A stretch of 64,000 bases of DNA. Source: Nitrospinaceae bacterium (lineage in GTDB: Bacteria; Nitrospinota_A; UBA7883; JAJDBK01). Below are positions 1 through 13,021 of this stretch, one piece after another. The position numbers and the translations under genes were made by a program. The DNA lies in NCBI GenBank assembly GCA_029261405.1, contig JAJDBK010000063.1, positions 29,086 through 93,085 of the forward strand. The letters run 5' to 3'. The number at the start of each line of letters is the position of its first letter. The first letter of the stretch is position 1. Below the pieces are notes generated by a model, which was not told the origin of the DNA, searched no databases, and saw only the letters and a program-made list of their open reading frames with translations.

Positions 1-127
1 CGGTTGAAGACCTTCATGGAAGCGGGATACTTTTGTATCACCTCGTTTATAATCATCTTTTCGGTAATAATCGGCATTGTCTGTCTCCAGTGGATTGCTA
101 TGAATGGAAAGATAACACCGTTCTTTT

Positions 128-1003
128 ATGATGGTTATGACAAATATCAAAATCTGTAAATCGTTCGCGAAGGTGAATCTGGCTCTTGCCATCGTTGGGC
201 GGAGGAAGGACGGATATCACGAACTGAAATCCTTGTTCAGCAAAATCGACCTTTTCGACACAGTCACTCTGGCCCTGAACGATTCCGGCAAAATAACCTG
301 CGACTGTGGCGATGCCGATATTCCGACCGATAACAGAAACATTGCGGTACTGGCGGCGGAGAAGATCGGAGGGGAGGCTGGAGTGGTACCGGGGGTCCAC
401 ATCAAGATAGAGAAGCGGATTCCTGTTTCAGCTGGACTGGGAGGCGGTAGTTCCAACGCCGCCACGGTTCTTCTGGCTTTGAACGATCTTTTGGAACTCG
501 GGTTGTCCATATCAAAACTGACTGAAATCGCTCTTTCCATCGGCGCTGATGTCCCATTTTTTCTCGGCCCCCCCTGTTCGTGGGTGGAGGGGATCGGGGA
601 GGTTCTTACGCCTGTTTTGAGCGAATCGCCTCTTTATATGGTGTTATTAAATCCAGGATTTGGCGTTTCGGCGGCGTCAGCATACAAAGGGTCAGATTTT
701 TCATTTGAACCATTCATGGGGAAAGATGAGCTGATTTCCGCTCTCGTATCGGGTGACCCTGAAAAAACAGCCGGTATTATGAGGAACGACCTGGAACCGT
801 GGGTTCTGAACCGTCACCCCGACCTTGCGACCCTTGCAAGAAAAATTGAAAAAGGGAAACCCGCTCCGCTAAAGGTGATGATGAGCGGAAGCGGGCCAAC
901 GTTGATGGCCCTCTATCGGAACCGGGAGGAAGCGCTGGCGGCGGAAATAGAACTGAAAAGAGCCGCAACGTTCGTAAAAATGGTGAAGAGAGTCACCAGT
1001 TAA
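128..1003 (+). CDS. ispE: 4-diphosphocytidyl-2-C-methyl-D-erythritol kinase (GHMP kinase)
   Basis: GHMP kinase ATP-binding motif PVSAGLGGGSSNAA; N-terminal KINLAL pattern typical of IspE; 291 aa. Confidence 0.8.
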   Translation: MMVMTNIKICKSFAKVNLALAIVGRRKDGYHELKSLFSKIDLFDTVTLALNDSGKITCDCGDADIPTDNRNIAVLAAEKIGGEAGVVPGVHIKIEKRIPVSAGLGGGSSNAATVLLALNDLLELGLSISKLTEIALSIGADVPFFLGPPCSWVEGIGEVLTPVLSESPLYMVLLNPGFGVSAASAYKGSDFSFEPFMGKDELISALVSGDPEKTAGIMRNDLEPWVLNRHPDLATLARKIEKGKPAPLKVMMSGSGPTLMALYRNREEALAAEIELKRAATFVKMVKRVTS

Positions 1004-1039
1004 AAAAGTCTCGAATCCCCTCGCCGCTATTTGTTGATT

Positions 1040-1280
1040 CACATGAGCCTAAGTGATACTATTTTCTTTCTCTGGGAGCCTGTCAGACGCAGGGGTTCAT
1101 CAGCGAAGTGGTACGAGCAGGGCGAAAAGGAGCGGATTTGAGTCAGGTGTTTTGGTGCATTGAGGTGAATAGCGGAACTATTCGCCAAAAAAGAGCTATA
1201 AATCTGTTCGAGACTGTTTGTCGCTATGGTCGCAACACTTTGCAATAGAATCATCCTAAGCCCGACAGACTCCTGAAAAC
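1040..1280. repeat. Non-coding MITE-like repeat, copy A, with imperfect terminal inverted repeats (family shared with 45385..45590)
   Basis: Left end GGAGCCTGTCAGACGCAGGGGTTCATCAGCGAAGTGG and right end ...GAATCATCCTAAGCCCGACAGACTCCTG are imperfect reverse complements of each other. Internal blocks (TTGAGTCAG, TTTGAGGTG, TTCGCCAAAAAAGAGC) recur in copy B. Only a spurious minus-strand ORF overlaps it. Confidence 0.6.
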
Positions 1281-1320
1281 CACACAACTGTCATTATTAT
1301 TGCATATCGCAAAAAGGTGA

Positions 1321-3558
<2,238 letters not shown>

Positions 3559-3590
3559 GGCGTTATCACTGTGCCGGACTCGAATAGCGT

Positions 3591-4067
3591 ATGAAATTAT
3601 ATCTGGTTCGGCATGGTGAAGCCCTTCCAAGGGAGGTTGATCCGGCCTGTTCACTCAGCGACAATGGACGCGCCGAGGTTGCCCGGACATCGGAAGCTTT
3701 TACGGCGAAGGGAGTAGACGTAGCGCGGGTGATCCATAGCGGTAAAACCCGCGCCGAAGAGACGGCGAAACTTCTTGCGTCAGTAATCGGCCCGGGCGTT
3801 CCGGTGACCAGGGGGGACGGGTTAAACCCCCTAGATCCCGTAGGCCCCATCGCCCGGATGGTGAACGGCTTGAATGAAGATACGATGCTGGTGGGGCATC
3901 TACCCTTTATGGGAACCCTCACCACCCTCCTTGTTACAGGTGAAATGGGCAACGATATATTCTTGTTCACCACAGCCTGCGTTGCCTGCCTTGAACGGTC
4001 GGATGACGACAGATGGTCGCTGGCGTGGACCTTCGATCCAGGAGGCGCAGGGCTCAAGGCCCGGTAG
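3591..4067 (+). CDS. sixA: Phosphohistidine phosphatase SixA
   Basis: N-terminal LYLVRHGEA histidine-phosphatase motif; 158 aa. Confidence 0.75.
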   Translation: MKLYLVRHGEALPREVDPACSLSDNGRAEVARTSEAFTAKGVDVARVIHSGKTRAEETAKLLASVIGPGVPVTRGDGLNPLDPVGPIARMVNGLNEDTMLVGHLPFMGTLTTLLVTGEMGNDIFLFTTACVACLERSDDDRWSLAWTFDPGGAGLKAR

Positions 4068-5781
4068 CCACCCCCTCTGCGCCCCCCCTGTGAACGACAA
4101 TTTGGGTAAACGGGATCTCCCATCCCTGTTCGTTGCACAGATCCACTGACAGCCGCTGGAGGATCCGGGGAATTCCCAGGTATTCACTGGCGCCTGAACC
4201 TCGGAAGATGGCAATAACCTTGTAGTTGAGGGATGAAGCCGCCGCCTCTTCAAACTGTACGAGCAGGTTCGACAGGTGTTCGCCGACACTCTCCTTTTCA
4301 AGCCTTTCTCTCATTCCCGTCCTCATCAGTTCAGGAATCTCAGCTGTGGCGGCCCTCTGCAGGTCGTAGGAGAGCCCGAAAGTTATGGTGATAGTGAAAC
4401 CGGTATCGAGGTTCTTTGGCGTGGCGCCAAGAAAATCGGAGATGGTGTAGCTGATTATGGCGCCCCCTCCTACAACCAGAGTCACGCTGTCAACCGTTAT
4501 GGTTTTCACCCTGCCGAAAACTTCATCGGAGAGGAGAACATAAGAGCCGACGTTGCAGGGGAACCATGCCTCGTCGGGGTGGGATTCACGGGATTCAAGA
4601 CCGATCAGCGATTTTAAAGGCGTTCGAAGGGTTGGTACCGAAAGGGCCGGGTTGGTGAGGCTGGAAAAAACATCGAGTGAATCGACCCGCCACGGAAGAC
4701 CGGAGTAGACAACCCTCTCCCCTACACGGACCGGACCCACGTTCAGGATAAGTTTTATCTCGTCGATATATCTGGGAATGGAGTTTTTAAGGACCAAGAA
4801 TATTCCGACCAGCATCAGAATCGCAACCCCCTGCATAACCTTGTCACCCCGGATATGAAACACATAAAAGAGCGCAACTATAGAGAGTAAAACCGAAACA
4901 AGCTGGTAGTTAAGCCCGATGAAACGTTCCACAGGTCTGCTGGAGCTGCTGGTCAGATGGAAAGCCTTTTTAACCAGAGACTTGGACAGGTGTAACCCGA
5001 TATATACTCCGATGGCGGCGAAGAGAGCCATAAACAGAGTGCCACCCCTCCCCAGAAGAAGTCCTTTGAGCTGGTCGGAGAAAGAGAGGTCAAGGGTCTT
5101 GTCGGTCTTTGCCATCTCTTCAAGCTGAAGGTTTACGACTTCTATCAGGTGGTGGTTCTCTCTCTGTTTGTCTTCCCATTGCTTGCGGACATTTTTCAGA
5201 CGGGTGAGTGTTGCAGGTTTCAGGTTTTCCGTGGAGATCAGTACGATGTTCTTGAGCGCTTCATCGATTATCCGGTTCTGATCCTGGCAGACAGCCAGTC
5301 TGTTACGCAACATCTCCATTTTGCGCCGTTTCTCGGTGAGCTTGCGCAACTCGCTCATGATCGGCCGTATGATCTCCAGAAGTCCTTTCTGCCAATCGAA
5401 AGGTTTCTCCTCCCGCTCTGTTAGCGAGTCGAGTTCCAGCCCCCCCGTGGCGATCAGCTCGAAGGAACGCTGTTGGTCATCAATGGTACTGGAAATCGTC
5501 TCGATCTGTACGGTGAGTGTCTTTTTATCGTTCTCGAGAACAGCTTTTTCAAGTTCGGCCTTCTTCTCCTTGAGCTCGCTTCTGCGTTCCCTGAGAATGT
5601 CGAGAATGTCGTTCAGTTTTTCGATGCCCCTCAGTGCGGTCAGTTCTTTCCCTGCGAAGTTTTGCGTCGGCGAATCCCCCACTGCGGGGTCGGTCGCGGC
5701 AGACACCCCTGTCGCACCACAGAAAACAAGAGCTGAAATGAAGACACCGGTAATTGCTTTGTATCTGATTTTCAGCGCCAT
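4054..5781 (-). CDS. Mechanosensitive ion channel family protein (MscS/MscK-like) with signal peptide and periplasmic coiled coil
   Basis: Signal peptide; long Glu/Lys-rich coiled-coil segment; multiple TM helices followed by an MscS-like beta domain; 575 aa. Confidence 0.55.
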   Translation of the reverse strand: MALKIRYKAITGVFISALVFCGATGVSAATDPAVGDSPTQNFAGKELTALRGIEKLNDILDILRERRSELKEKKAELEKAVLENDKKTLTVQIETISSTIDDQQRSFELIATGGLELDSLTEREEKPFDWQKGLLEIIRPIMSELRKLTEKRRKMEMLRNRLAVCQDQNRIIDEALKNIVLISTENLKPATLTRLKNVRKQWEDKQRENHHLIEVVNLQLEEMAKTDKTLDLSFSDQLKGLLLGRGGTLFMALFAAIGVYIGLHLSKSLVKKAFHLTSSSSRPVERFIGLNYQLVSVLLSIVALFYVFHIRGDKVMQGVAILMLVGIFLVLKNSIPRYIDEIKLILNVGPVRVGERVVYSGLPWRVDSLDVFSSLTNPALSVPTLRTPLKSLIGLESRESHPDEAWFPCNVGSYVLLSDEVFGRVKTITVDSVTLVVGGGAIISYTISDFLGATPKNLDTGFTITITFGLSYDLQRAATAEIPELMRTGMRERLEKESVGEHLSNLLVQFEEAAASSLNYKVIAIFRGSGASEYLGIPRILQRLSVDLCNEQGWEIPFTQIVVHRGGAEGVATGP

Positions 5782-5922
5782 TTACGCCCTTACATATTAT
5801 ATTTCAGTTCAGGTTCCAATATACCACACTACATTTCATCCCAAGAAAGTGGCGGAAAGCTGGTCGGCAACGGTTACTTTCCCGGACCTGATATGATACA
5901 GTGTCAAGCCGCCGGGGTTTAA

Positions 5923-6573
5923 ATGACCGGTGAACTCCAAACCTGTATCGGGATTGATGGAAGCATGTTGTTCGTTGACGAGGAAAAATATCTCGGCCTC
6001 ATGAAAGAGGTCGGCGTCGTTCCTTGCAAAGAGGGGCGCGGACTCTGTTACGAGGATGAAGAATCGGTTTTAGGGTTCGATTTTACCAACCTCACCGTTC
6101 CACTGACTTCCCCGGCCGCCTTTGAGTCTCCAGCTCCGGGCGACAGGCGTGTGGAGTCTTCCATGGTCAGCACACTGCTTGACCTTCTCGACAAGCTGGG
6201 CGAATATCCGGCCTCAATGTATCTGGCCGATGACGAATGGCTCGCCGAAGAGACTGGACCGCTGGTCAAAAATGGTCACATGACAAAAACTGAAGGTCTT
6301 ATTCTCTCAAAGTTGTGCGAGGAGGATCACGGTATGGATGTCATTGTAGTCGGGCCGGACGAAAAGGCGATTGCCGAGTCGATCATAATCCCCCAACTGA
6401 CCCTCTTCTCCACCACCTGCTGTATTACCGGACCGAAAGGAAGGGTACTGGCGGTGATAAGTGAAGATGATGAAGTATCATTCAACACCAACGATCCGGC
6501 CCTGTTCCAATTAGCGGACGCCATCATGAAGGAGTTGGAGCCAGACCTGCCGTTCAAGTTAATCAGGGCGTAA
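5923..6573 (+). CDS. Hypothetical protein
   Basis: 216 aa ORF divergent from the MscS gene; no recognisable motif. Confidence 0.4.
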   Translation: MTGELQTCIGIDGSMLFVDEEKYLGLMKEVGVVPCKEGRGLCYEDEESVLGFDFTNLTVPLTSPAAFESPAPGDRRVESSMVSTLLDLLDKLGEYPASMYLADDEWLAEETGPLVKNGHMTKTEGLILSKLCEEDHGMDVIVVGPDEKAIAESIIIPQLTLFSTTCCITGPKGRVLAVISEDDEVSFNTNDPALFQLADAIMKELEPDLPFKLIRA

Positions 6574-7156
6574 ACGAATCCCTTATAGCCGCCCACAACT
6601 CTTTTTTACCTTCGCCTGAGAGGGAAGAAAAGATGAGCGGTTTCCCTTCCGTCTCCATAACCTCGCCGATAGAGTTCCACACTTTTTTTATCTCCGTGGC
6701 TCTGCGGGTCTTCGGGATTTTGTCTATCTTGGTGAAAACAGGTATGGTGACAATCTTGTGGTGGTATAACCATTCGAACAGGGATAGATCGTCATCGTTC
6801 GGTTTTCGCCTGCAATCGAGGAGCGCCAGTGTGATTTTTTTCCGGCCGGTATCGCCGAGGTAACTCTCCACCATCGCGCCCCAGCTCTTTTGCACATTCC
6901 CCGGTACGTTGGCGAACCCGTAACCGGGAATATCAACGAACGTGTAGACATCGTTGATGTTGAAGAAATTCAGGAGCCTTGTTTTGCCGGGAGTCTTGGA
7001 GACCTTTACAAGCCCGTTACGGCCAGTAAGTTTATTTATCAGGGACGATTTCCCCACGTTCGACCGCCCGGCGAATACAACCTCCGGTACCGTATACTTC
7101 GGATATTGATCCGCCTCTTGCGCCGACTTTATGAATTCAGCCTTATGAACCCGCAT
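6563..7156 (-). CDS. engB: Ribosome biogenesis GTP-binding protein EngB/YsxC (YihA)
   Basis: P-loop GRSNVGKSSLIN; DxPGYG switch; 197 aa. Confidence 0.85.
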   Translation of the reverse strand: MRVHKAEFIKSAQEADQYPKYTVPEVVFAGRSNVGKSSLINKLTGRNGLVKVSKTPGKTRLLNFFNINDVYTFVDIPGYGFANVPGNVQKSWGAMVESYLGDTGRKKITLALLDCRRKPNDDDLSLFEWLYHHKIVTIPVFTKIDKIPKTRRATEIKKVWNSIGEVMETEGKPLIFSSLSGEGKKELWAAIRDSFTP

Positions 7157-7163
7157 CCGATGG

Positions 7164-8432
7164 TTATATCAACTGATTCATCACCAGCCCGGAGATCAGC
7201 TTCGGGTAGAAGTAGGTAGATTTCTGCGGCATGACACCACCACCTGTAGCTACTTTAAAAACCTTGTCGATATCGGTCGGGTTTAACAGAAAACCGAGGG
7301 TTGCGTCACCCTCATCGACACGATTCATCAGGGCTGAAGCGTCGATAGTGTATGCGACACTCTTCTTGCTTGCCACAGCTTCCCGCGAGATCCCCAAAAC
7401 CTTCTCGAAAATAAGATCCTGCAACGTTATAACTTCGATCTGTCCGTTCTCTTCTTTCAACTCCAGCAGTAACGCCCTGTTGTTTCCTGCGTAGAGGCCG
7501 AAACTTTGTCGGCTCTGACCGGCTGTTGCGAGTTTCTCCATGAACTGATCCGGCGCGTCAGAATCGATGGCGTGTTCTGAAATATCGAAATATTCAGACA
7601 GCTTATTTTTTATCTCGTCGATGTTGTCGGTCAGTTTCGATATCACCACCCGGTGAGTGGCCAGAACCGTAAAACCTTCGCCATGAGAGTTGGCGAGGTA
7701 CATCATTGCGTATTTGTAACCGTCCGATTTGTCGCTATTCGTGGCCGAGCTTCGTTCTTTCATGTAATTGATAGCGGTCTCATATCTGTGATGTCCGTCG
7801 GCGATCACCACCGGGATATCCTCCAGAAACTCCTGGGCGGTTTTAATAACATCCGCATCAGTCACGACCCACATCATATGTTTTACGCCATCCTTGTCGG
7901 TAACCTCGATCTCAGCGGGCTCCTCCATAATACCGCTCCAGATAGCGTCGAGTTTCCGTGTCGGATCGGAATAGAGCGTAAAGACCTGGGAGAAGTTTGT
8001 TTCACATGCGCGGGTAAGGTTCAGCCGGTCTGTTTTAGGGCCGGAGAGAGTTCTTTCGTGGGGGTGAATCGACGAACCGAGCGGCTCGACCAGTCGTCTG
8101 CAGATAAATCCGGTGCGGCGCAAGGTTTCACCACCGATATCGAAATCCTGAGCGTAGAGGTAGAGAGCTTCTTTATCGTCCCGCTCAAGCACACCTGTAT
8201 CGAGCCAATTTCTCAAGGTTTCGGCTGATCTGGTGTAACGGTTATCCTCATCGGTGTCGTCGTCGTTTATCTCCCCGAGAATCAGCCGGACCACGTTATA
8301 GTCGCTCTGGTTGTATAGCTCGTTCTGCTCAGCGGGAGAGATGACATCGTAAGGGGGGGCTAACAGGTCTGCGATGTTTCCGGCTTTAGTAACGTTATAT
8401 CTGGTTCCTTTAAAAGGATTTACTCTCGGCAT
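7164..8432 (-). CDS. DUF1015 family protein
   Basis: N-terminus PFKGTRYN...APPYDVIS is the hallmark of DUF1015; 422 aa. Confidence 0.7.
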   Translation of the reverse strand: MPRVNPFKGTRYNVTKAGNIADLLAPPYDVISPAEQNELYNQSDYNVVRLILGEINDDDTDEDNRYTRSAETLRNWLDTGVLERDDKEALYLYAQDFDIGGETLRRTGFICRRLVEPLGSSIHPHERTLSGPKTDRLNLTRACETNFSQVFTLYSDPTRKLDAIWSGIMEEPAEIEVTDKDGVKHMMWVVTDADVIKTAQEFLEDIPVVIADGHHRYETAINYMKERSSATNSDKSDGYKYAMMYLANSHGEGFTVLATHRVVISKLTDNIDEIKNKLSEYFDISEHAIDSDAPDQFMEKLATAGQSRQSFGLYAGNNRALLLELKEENGQIEVITLQDLIFEKVLGISREAVASKKSVAYTIDASALMNRVDEGDATLGFLLNPTDIDKVFKVATGGGVMPQKSTYFYPKLISGLVMNQLI

Positions 8433-8459
8433 CTTGTTTCTTTTTCTCTCATAATTTTA

Positions 8460-10424
8460 TCAAGGCTGTACAGTTTCACATTGGAAGCCCCTGGAGTGTA
8501 TATCAGCTCTCACCTTCTCCGCCACCTCTTTTGAGGCGAACGCGCCCACAAGGACGTTCACCTCCCCTTCCGGGTTGGCCCTTACGGTATATGGCGAAAA
8601 CCCCTCTTCAGAGAGTCGGTGCGAAAGTCGATCAGCCGTCTCCCGGTCCATCCTCTCCTCCACCAGGACAGCGTAAGGAAGTTTGAGTATTCGCGTGTAG
8701 TTCAATGTCCCGGACCTTCGTACCGAGCTGGCAAACTCCCCGGCGCCCTCCCGGTCGGAGTATCGGTCGATAACCACCCGGTACCAGTCCCCTTTGCCGG
8801 GAACGAAAGTCAACACCTCAAAAGCGTTGTATCCCTTTAGCTTGAGCAAACGCACCATATTTCTTGCGTGGTTCCCTCTTTTAAACGAGGCGACGTGTAC
8901 GACATATGACTTTGACTCAGGCTCCACCTTTTCCGGCTCAGGCGTTGGTTCCGGTTTCTTCTCTTCCCCGGCAAGAATTGTTACCACTTCGTAAGACCCG
9001 TCACCCGAAGGTTTAAGCGATAACGACATATCCTCTTTCGATCCCCCCTGTTCCGTCTGCGCCGTAGCCTGTACGGATCCATCCCCGCTCTTTTCTATCG
9101 TCACGTTGTCGAGGTCGAGGTCGATGGAGCTTTGTTCACTCCACCTTGAAAGCGCCGACAGAACCGAGTTGCGGAATGGGATAACCCCTGTAGCCACTTT
9201 CCCGGTTGCCGCCACAGTGTCGCCTGTCGCCGGTATCCCCTTTTTGGCGACCCGCATAACGTCTCTTCTTTTCCAGTCACCCCATTGCCGGGCGATTATC
9301 CTTTTCGCTTCCGCTTTGCTCAGTGTCGCCGCTGTTTCATTCACTTTTGTCAGGTTCAACACCGACGACGCTCTTAAGCCGTGCATGTTTCCCTTTATGA
9401 ACTTCGATTTATTGTTCATCCATATGGCAACTACCACCTGATCGTAATCGACTTTTCCGACGCCACCCTCCTTTACAATTCTATAGAGAGAAGCGCCCTC
9501 TTCAACCTTATGGATGGCCGTTTTAATGTCAGCGCCCATGGGTAGATATATCTTTTCATCTGAGGCTTGTTCCACTGGCTCAGGAGTCTTTGGTGTCACA
9601 ACCGGTTCAGCCGCCGCCGCTTCAGCAACCTCTTCTTTTGTGGCGGGTTCAGGCTCTATCGCCTTGACCACGATGATGGTCTCTTTTTTCTCAACCTTTG
9701 CAGGCGCAGGCGGCGCCTTGACGGGGTTCGGGGTGGCTACGGTTGCAGGCTCTTCAGGTTCGATCTTCTTTACAACTATTGAGTCGTTCTTTTCCTGAGG
9801 CGTCACACTCACCTGCTCGGCCGATTCCTCCTCCGCTCTTATCTTTTCCAGAAGAAGACGGTCCTCACCTTTCATCCGCTGGTCTTCTTTCTCATCAAGC
9901 CTGGTCCCCTTTTTCATCGCATCCATGGCCGAGGCGATTCTATCCATCTCCTCCTTTTCAGCAGGGTCGATGTCCAATGAAAGGTTCTTCTGAAAATCGA
10001 CGGCAAGAAAAAAATTCTCCAGGATAACCCCACCGCCAAGTCGGGCTTTTACCAGCAGGTTGAACGAAGGTTTGAAAATGGGACGGTCGCTTATAATATA
10101 GATAATCATCTGTTTGGGCGCCGTGGGGTGTTTCCCGACCCGAACCCTCAAGCCGTCAATGACATCCGACCAGGTGACCCCCAGCTTTTTGTACTCCTCT
10201 TTCGGGGCAAGTGAAACTACCAGATCGGTTTTCCCGTCTGTGCGCACAGGTATTTCCGCCTTGAACTGGCTTTCAAAAGCGCCTGTGACACGTATCTTTC
10301 CCAGAGAGAACGCAGTAGCGTCAGGAGTGGCGCATATTGCGGTGATAAGCAGTGCAAGAATGGTTCCGAAGCTATAGCCGGATCGGCGGTGTGTCATACC
10401 GATAAAATACAAATATTTTGACAA
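8460..10424 (-). CDS. FimV N-terminal-domain/LysM/SPOR domain protein with Pro/Glu-rich linker
   Basis: Signal/TM at N-terminus; FimV-like N-domain; low-complexity PEP/AEE linker; LysM-like segment; two C-terminal SPOR-like domains (YVVHVASFKRGNHARNMVRLLKLKGYNAFEV...). Confidence 0.55.
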   Translation of the reverse strand: MSKYLYFIGMTHRRSGYSFGTILALLITAICATPDATAFSLGKIRVTGAFESQFKAEIPVRTDGKTDLVVSLAPKEEYKKLGVTWSDVIDGLRVRVGKHPTAPKQMIIYIISDRPIFKPSFNLLVKARLGGGVILENFFLAVDFQKNLSLDIDPAEKEEMDRIASAMDAMKKGTRLDEKEDQRMKGEDRLLLEKIRAEEESAEQVSVTPQEKNDSIVVKKIEPEEPATVATPNPVKAPPAPAKVEKKETIIVVKAIEPEPATKEEVAEAAAAEPVVTPKTPEPVEQASDEKIYLPMGADIKTAIHKVEEGASLYRIVKEGGVGKVDYDQVVVAIWMNNKSKFIKGNMHGLRASSVLNLTKVNETAATLSKAEAKRIIARQWGDWKRRDVMRVAKKGIPATGDTVAATGKVATGVIPFRNSVLSALSRWSEQSSIDLDLDNVTIEKSGDGSVQATAQTEQGGSKEDMSLSLKPSGDGSYEVVTILAGEEKKPEPTPEPEKVEPESKSYVVHVASFKRGNHARNMVRLLKLKGYNAFEVLTFVPGKGDWYRVVIDRYSDREGAGEFASSVRRSGTLNYTRILKLPYAVLVEERMDRETADRLSHRLSEEGFSPYTVRANPEGEVNVLVGAFASKEVAEKVRADIHSRGFQCETVQP

Positions 10425-10751
10425 GCGTATTTCAACATATACCTATTCTAGGCACAAGTCGTTATTTTTTCAATTAAAACCTTTAACCCTTTTATTAAAG
10501 GGGGTTGCACAAAAGGGAAAGATGGCGGGTCTTGTATATTGATATTCCCCTTTTATAATACTCTGTATATATGGTCAGACCTTTGCGAATCGGTCAGCAT
10601 GAGGGCGCCCAGTATGTTGGACTACACCATTCGACGGTAAATAAGTTGATAAATTGAATACAGCAAAACACAAGACCCGCCACCCTGTTCCTCTTCAACC
10701 TTGCCATCTACATCCAGACGGTAATGCTGGTCCTCGCCATACGTCGCAGGT

Positions 10752-11201
10752 TCAAACGGTAGTCCCGTCTATGGCGAGGTTCGCCAGTTCGTCGGCTTTT
10801 TCGTTTCCGGGATGACCGGCATGGCCTTTCACCCATTCCCACGTTACTTCGTGGTTCGACACTGCGGCGGAGAGGGCTTTCCACAGTTCCTGATTTTTCA
10901 CAGGTTTTTTTCCAGCGGTTTTCCAGTTGTTTTTCCGCCAGTTGAAAATCCATTCTGTCATGCCTTTGATGACATATGTCGAATCGGTGACAATCCGTAC
11001 CTTGCACGGTTTGGAAAGGGCGTTGAGCGATTCTATAGCGGCGGTCAGTTCCATCTCGTTGTTGGTGGTGTGGGCTTTGAACCCGTTGATCTCTTTGGTC
11101 TTTTCGCCATATTTCAACAATGCGCCCCAACCGCCAACGCCAGGATTTCCCCGACATGCGCCATCGCAATAGATGACAACCAGTTCTCTCTCTCCCATCA
11201 A
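10752..11201 (-). CDS. rnhA: Ribonuclease HI
   Basis: [29 protein letters not shown] and [14 protein letters not shown] motifs; 149 aa. Confidence 0.9.
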   Translation of the reverse strand: MMGERELVVIYCDGACRGNPGVGGWGALLKYGEKTKEINGFKAHTTNNEMELTAAIESLNALSKPCKVRIVTDSTYVIKGMTEWIFNWRKNNWKTAGKKPVKNQELWKALSAAVSNHEVTWEWVKGHAGHPGNEKADELANLAIDGTTV

Positions 11202-11920
11202 AAATCGATGTCGAACTGTACGGTAAAGGTATCCTCACCCGCTTGTGCGTTGTCGGTATAAGCGTCGTACCCGGCAAGGGCGCTTATGTGCGGTGAGAAT
11301 CTCCAGGCCAACCCGAAGGAGAGCGCCCCGTATGAGTTACTCCCCCCCATGTAATCAACGGCTACCCAGAGCCTGTCGTCGATCTCGGCGAGGGTTCTGT
11401 CCCATGAGAAGAGAGCGCCTGAGTTGTCGTCCTGCAGGAGTGCGTCGTTGCCGATGTAGTATCCGAGACTGAATCTGCCCACGACAGGAAAATTCTTCGA
11501 GACCAGTCCATAAATGATATTAAAATCGGTCTCGTCAGATTTTGACCCGAAATCGTAACCACCGATAGCGATGGCCGGGAAAAATTCGTGTACCGAATCT
11601 TCTTTTATCTGGACCTTGACGTTAAGGTATATAGGATCGTCGCTATACTCTTTTAAATCCGCGCCAAACTCCACACCCACGAACGGTGAATCGACAGCTC
11701 CGAAGGTCAGACCATAAACCGTAGGGGCGCCATGTCCGCCATCGCTCCCCTTTTTGAAGACGGTATTGTAGTTGTCAACTCCCACATGGACCGTTCCCGC
11801 CGGTTGAGTGTCGGTTGAGGGTATCCATATCTGGGTCGATGGTGTCGCCCACGCATCACCCGCGCCCACAGCCAGAGTGAAAACCAGAATTCCCATTAAT
11901 ACAGACACTTTCGTCATCAC
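11198..11920 (-). CDS. Outer-membrane beta-barrel protein (putative porin/OMP)
   Basis: Signal peptide; alternating amphipathic strands; C-terminal Phe (..FDIDF); overlaps rnhA start by 4 nt. Confidence 0.5.
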   Translation of the reverse strand: MMTKVSVLMGILVFTLAVGAGDAWATPSTQIWIPSTDTQPAGTVHVGVDNYNTVFKKGSDGGHGAPTVYGLTFGAVDSPFVGVEFGADLKEYSDDPIYLNVKVQIKEDSVHEFFPAIAIGGYDFGSKSDETDFNIIYGLVSKNFPVVGRFSLGYYIGNDALLQDDNSGALFSWDRTLAEIDDRLWVAVDYMGGSNSYGALSFGLAWRFSPHISALAGYDAYTDNAQAGEDTFTVQFDIDF

Positions 11921-11941
11921 ACCCCCCGAAAAAACTTGTTA

Positions 11942-12805
11942 TTAAAACCTGAATGCGCCGCCAGCCATAATGCCGTTCCAGCCGATATTGCCCCGTTTAT
12001 CGTCGATATCCACATCGAGCCTGTAAGCCCGGTAGCCTAAATAGAGACCAACGTTTCTGGTCGGGTTTATATCCATGTAGAAGGTGAAATCGCTCATGGA
12101 GGATTTATCGAACGCAATGCCGGACACTTCTCCCGTCATGGAAACATACTCGCTGAAATTCATCCTTGCCGCCAGCCCGATTACCGGAACTCCGACAGAT
12201 ATATTGGCGCTGTTGGAGAGAAGGTCGTTGGTTACGATAGAGACGTTGGTCGAGACCCCCTCCACACCAAACCGGAACGATACATACCCCTCTTTTTCCC
12301 TGATAAAATCGTATTCGTAGTTGAATATAAACAGGTTAACGTCCATGCTGGTATCGGCTTTTACACCAGCGGGGTAAATGACATCGTTGAAAGTAAATTG
12401 GCTATCCACAATAGTGGAGCCGCTATATTTCAGTGCGATGGAGTTGAGTTTGAGTTTATGTTTTTCGGCGAACTTTATGGTCGCCTCCACTCCGGGAAAA
12501 CCTTTGCTTCTCTCAAGCCCCAGATCGTCCACAACATCGATATCGGTTCCGCTCAGATCACCACCATCGACCCGGATTTCGGCGTCGAACCCTGTAAGCC
12601 AGTAGTAGGCCCGCACCTCGAAATTGAACATCTCCCCCGGTGTATAGTCGCCACCCTGATCGTAATCGATCGGATTGGGCTGGACCGGGCTGTTATCGAC
12701 CGGGAAATTTGGGAGCGGTCTGCTTCGTCCGCTCTGAGCGTCAGCGTCGTTCGGGAATGAGATAAAAGATAGTGCGGAGATCAGGGAAAATATAAGTATT
12801 CGCAT
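11942..12805 (-). CDS. Outer-membrane beta-barrel protein
   Basis: Signal peptide ending ADA; beta-strand periodicity; C-terminal ...GGAFRF. Confidence 0.5.
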   Translation of the reverse strand: MRILIFSLISALSFISFPNDADAQSGRSRPLPNFPVDNSPVQPNPIDYDQGGDYTPGEMFNFEVRAYYWLTGFDAEIRVDGGDLSGTDIDVVDDLGLERSKGFPGVEATIKFAEKHKLKLNSIALKYSGSTIVDSQFTFNDVIYPAGVKADTSMDVNLFIFNYEYDFIREKEGYVSFRFGVEGVSTNVSIVTNDLLSNSANISVGVPVIGLAARMNFSEYVSMTGEVSGIAFDKSSMSDFTFYMDINPTRNVGLYLGYRAYRLDVDIDDKRGNIGWNGIMAGGAFRF

Positions 12806-13021
12806 GGCAATATAAATATGTTAGTTGGTGTATGGTACAATGGCCCCAAGTCAAACGTCAACACGATTCCTCAAAGACCGTTCGTCGAAGGGGTGCGTCC
12901 CCCCTTATAAAGCAATGTTCGCACCAGTAGACCAAGCGCCAAATATATCAACGAATAAAGAAAATATACAGAACGGAAAGAAGTGTATTGTACACAACTG
13001 CGACAGATTAGACGTTCCAGA

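Noticed and set aside
10523-10692. 12-bp perfect inverted repeat TGGCGGGTCTTG / CAAGACCCGCCA separated by ~146 nt in the rnhA to FimV-like intergenic region, plus TTGTAT/TATAAT-like hexamers
   Set aside because: A 12-mer inverted repeat within a couple of hundred nucleotides is expected about once by chance in 64 kb. There is no supporting conservation or second copy, so it is insufficient to call an ncRNA or regulatory element.
12880-12915. GC hairpin AAGGGG-TGCGT-CCCCCTT downstream of recJ as a possible intrinsic terminator
   Set aside because: It is not followed by a U-tract on either strand. It is about 110 nt from the recJ stop, and it is weak evidence.
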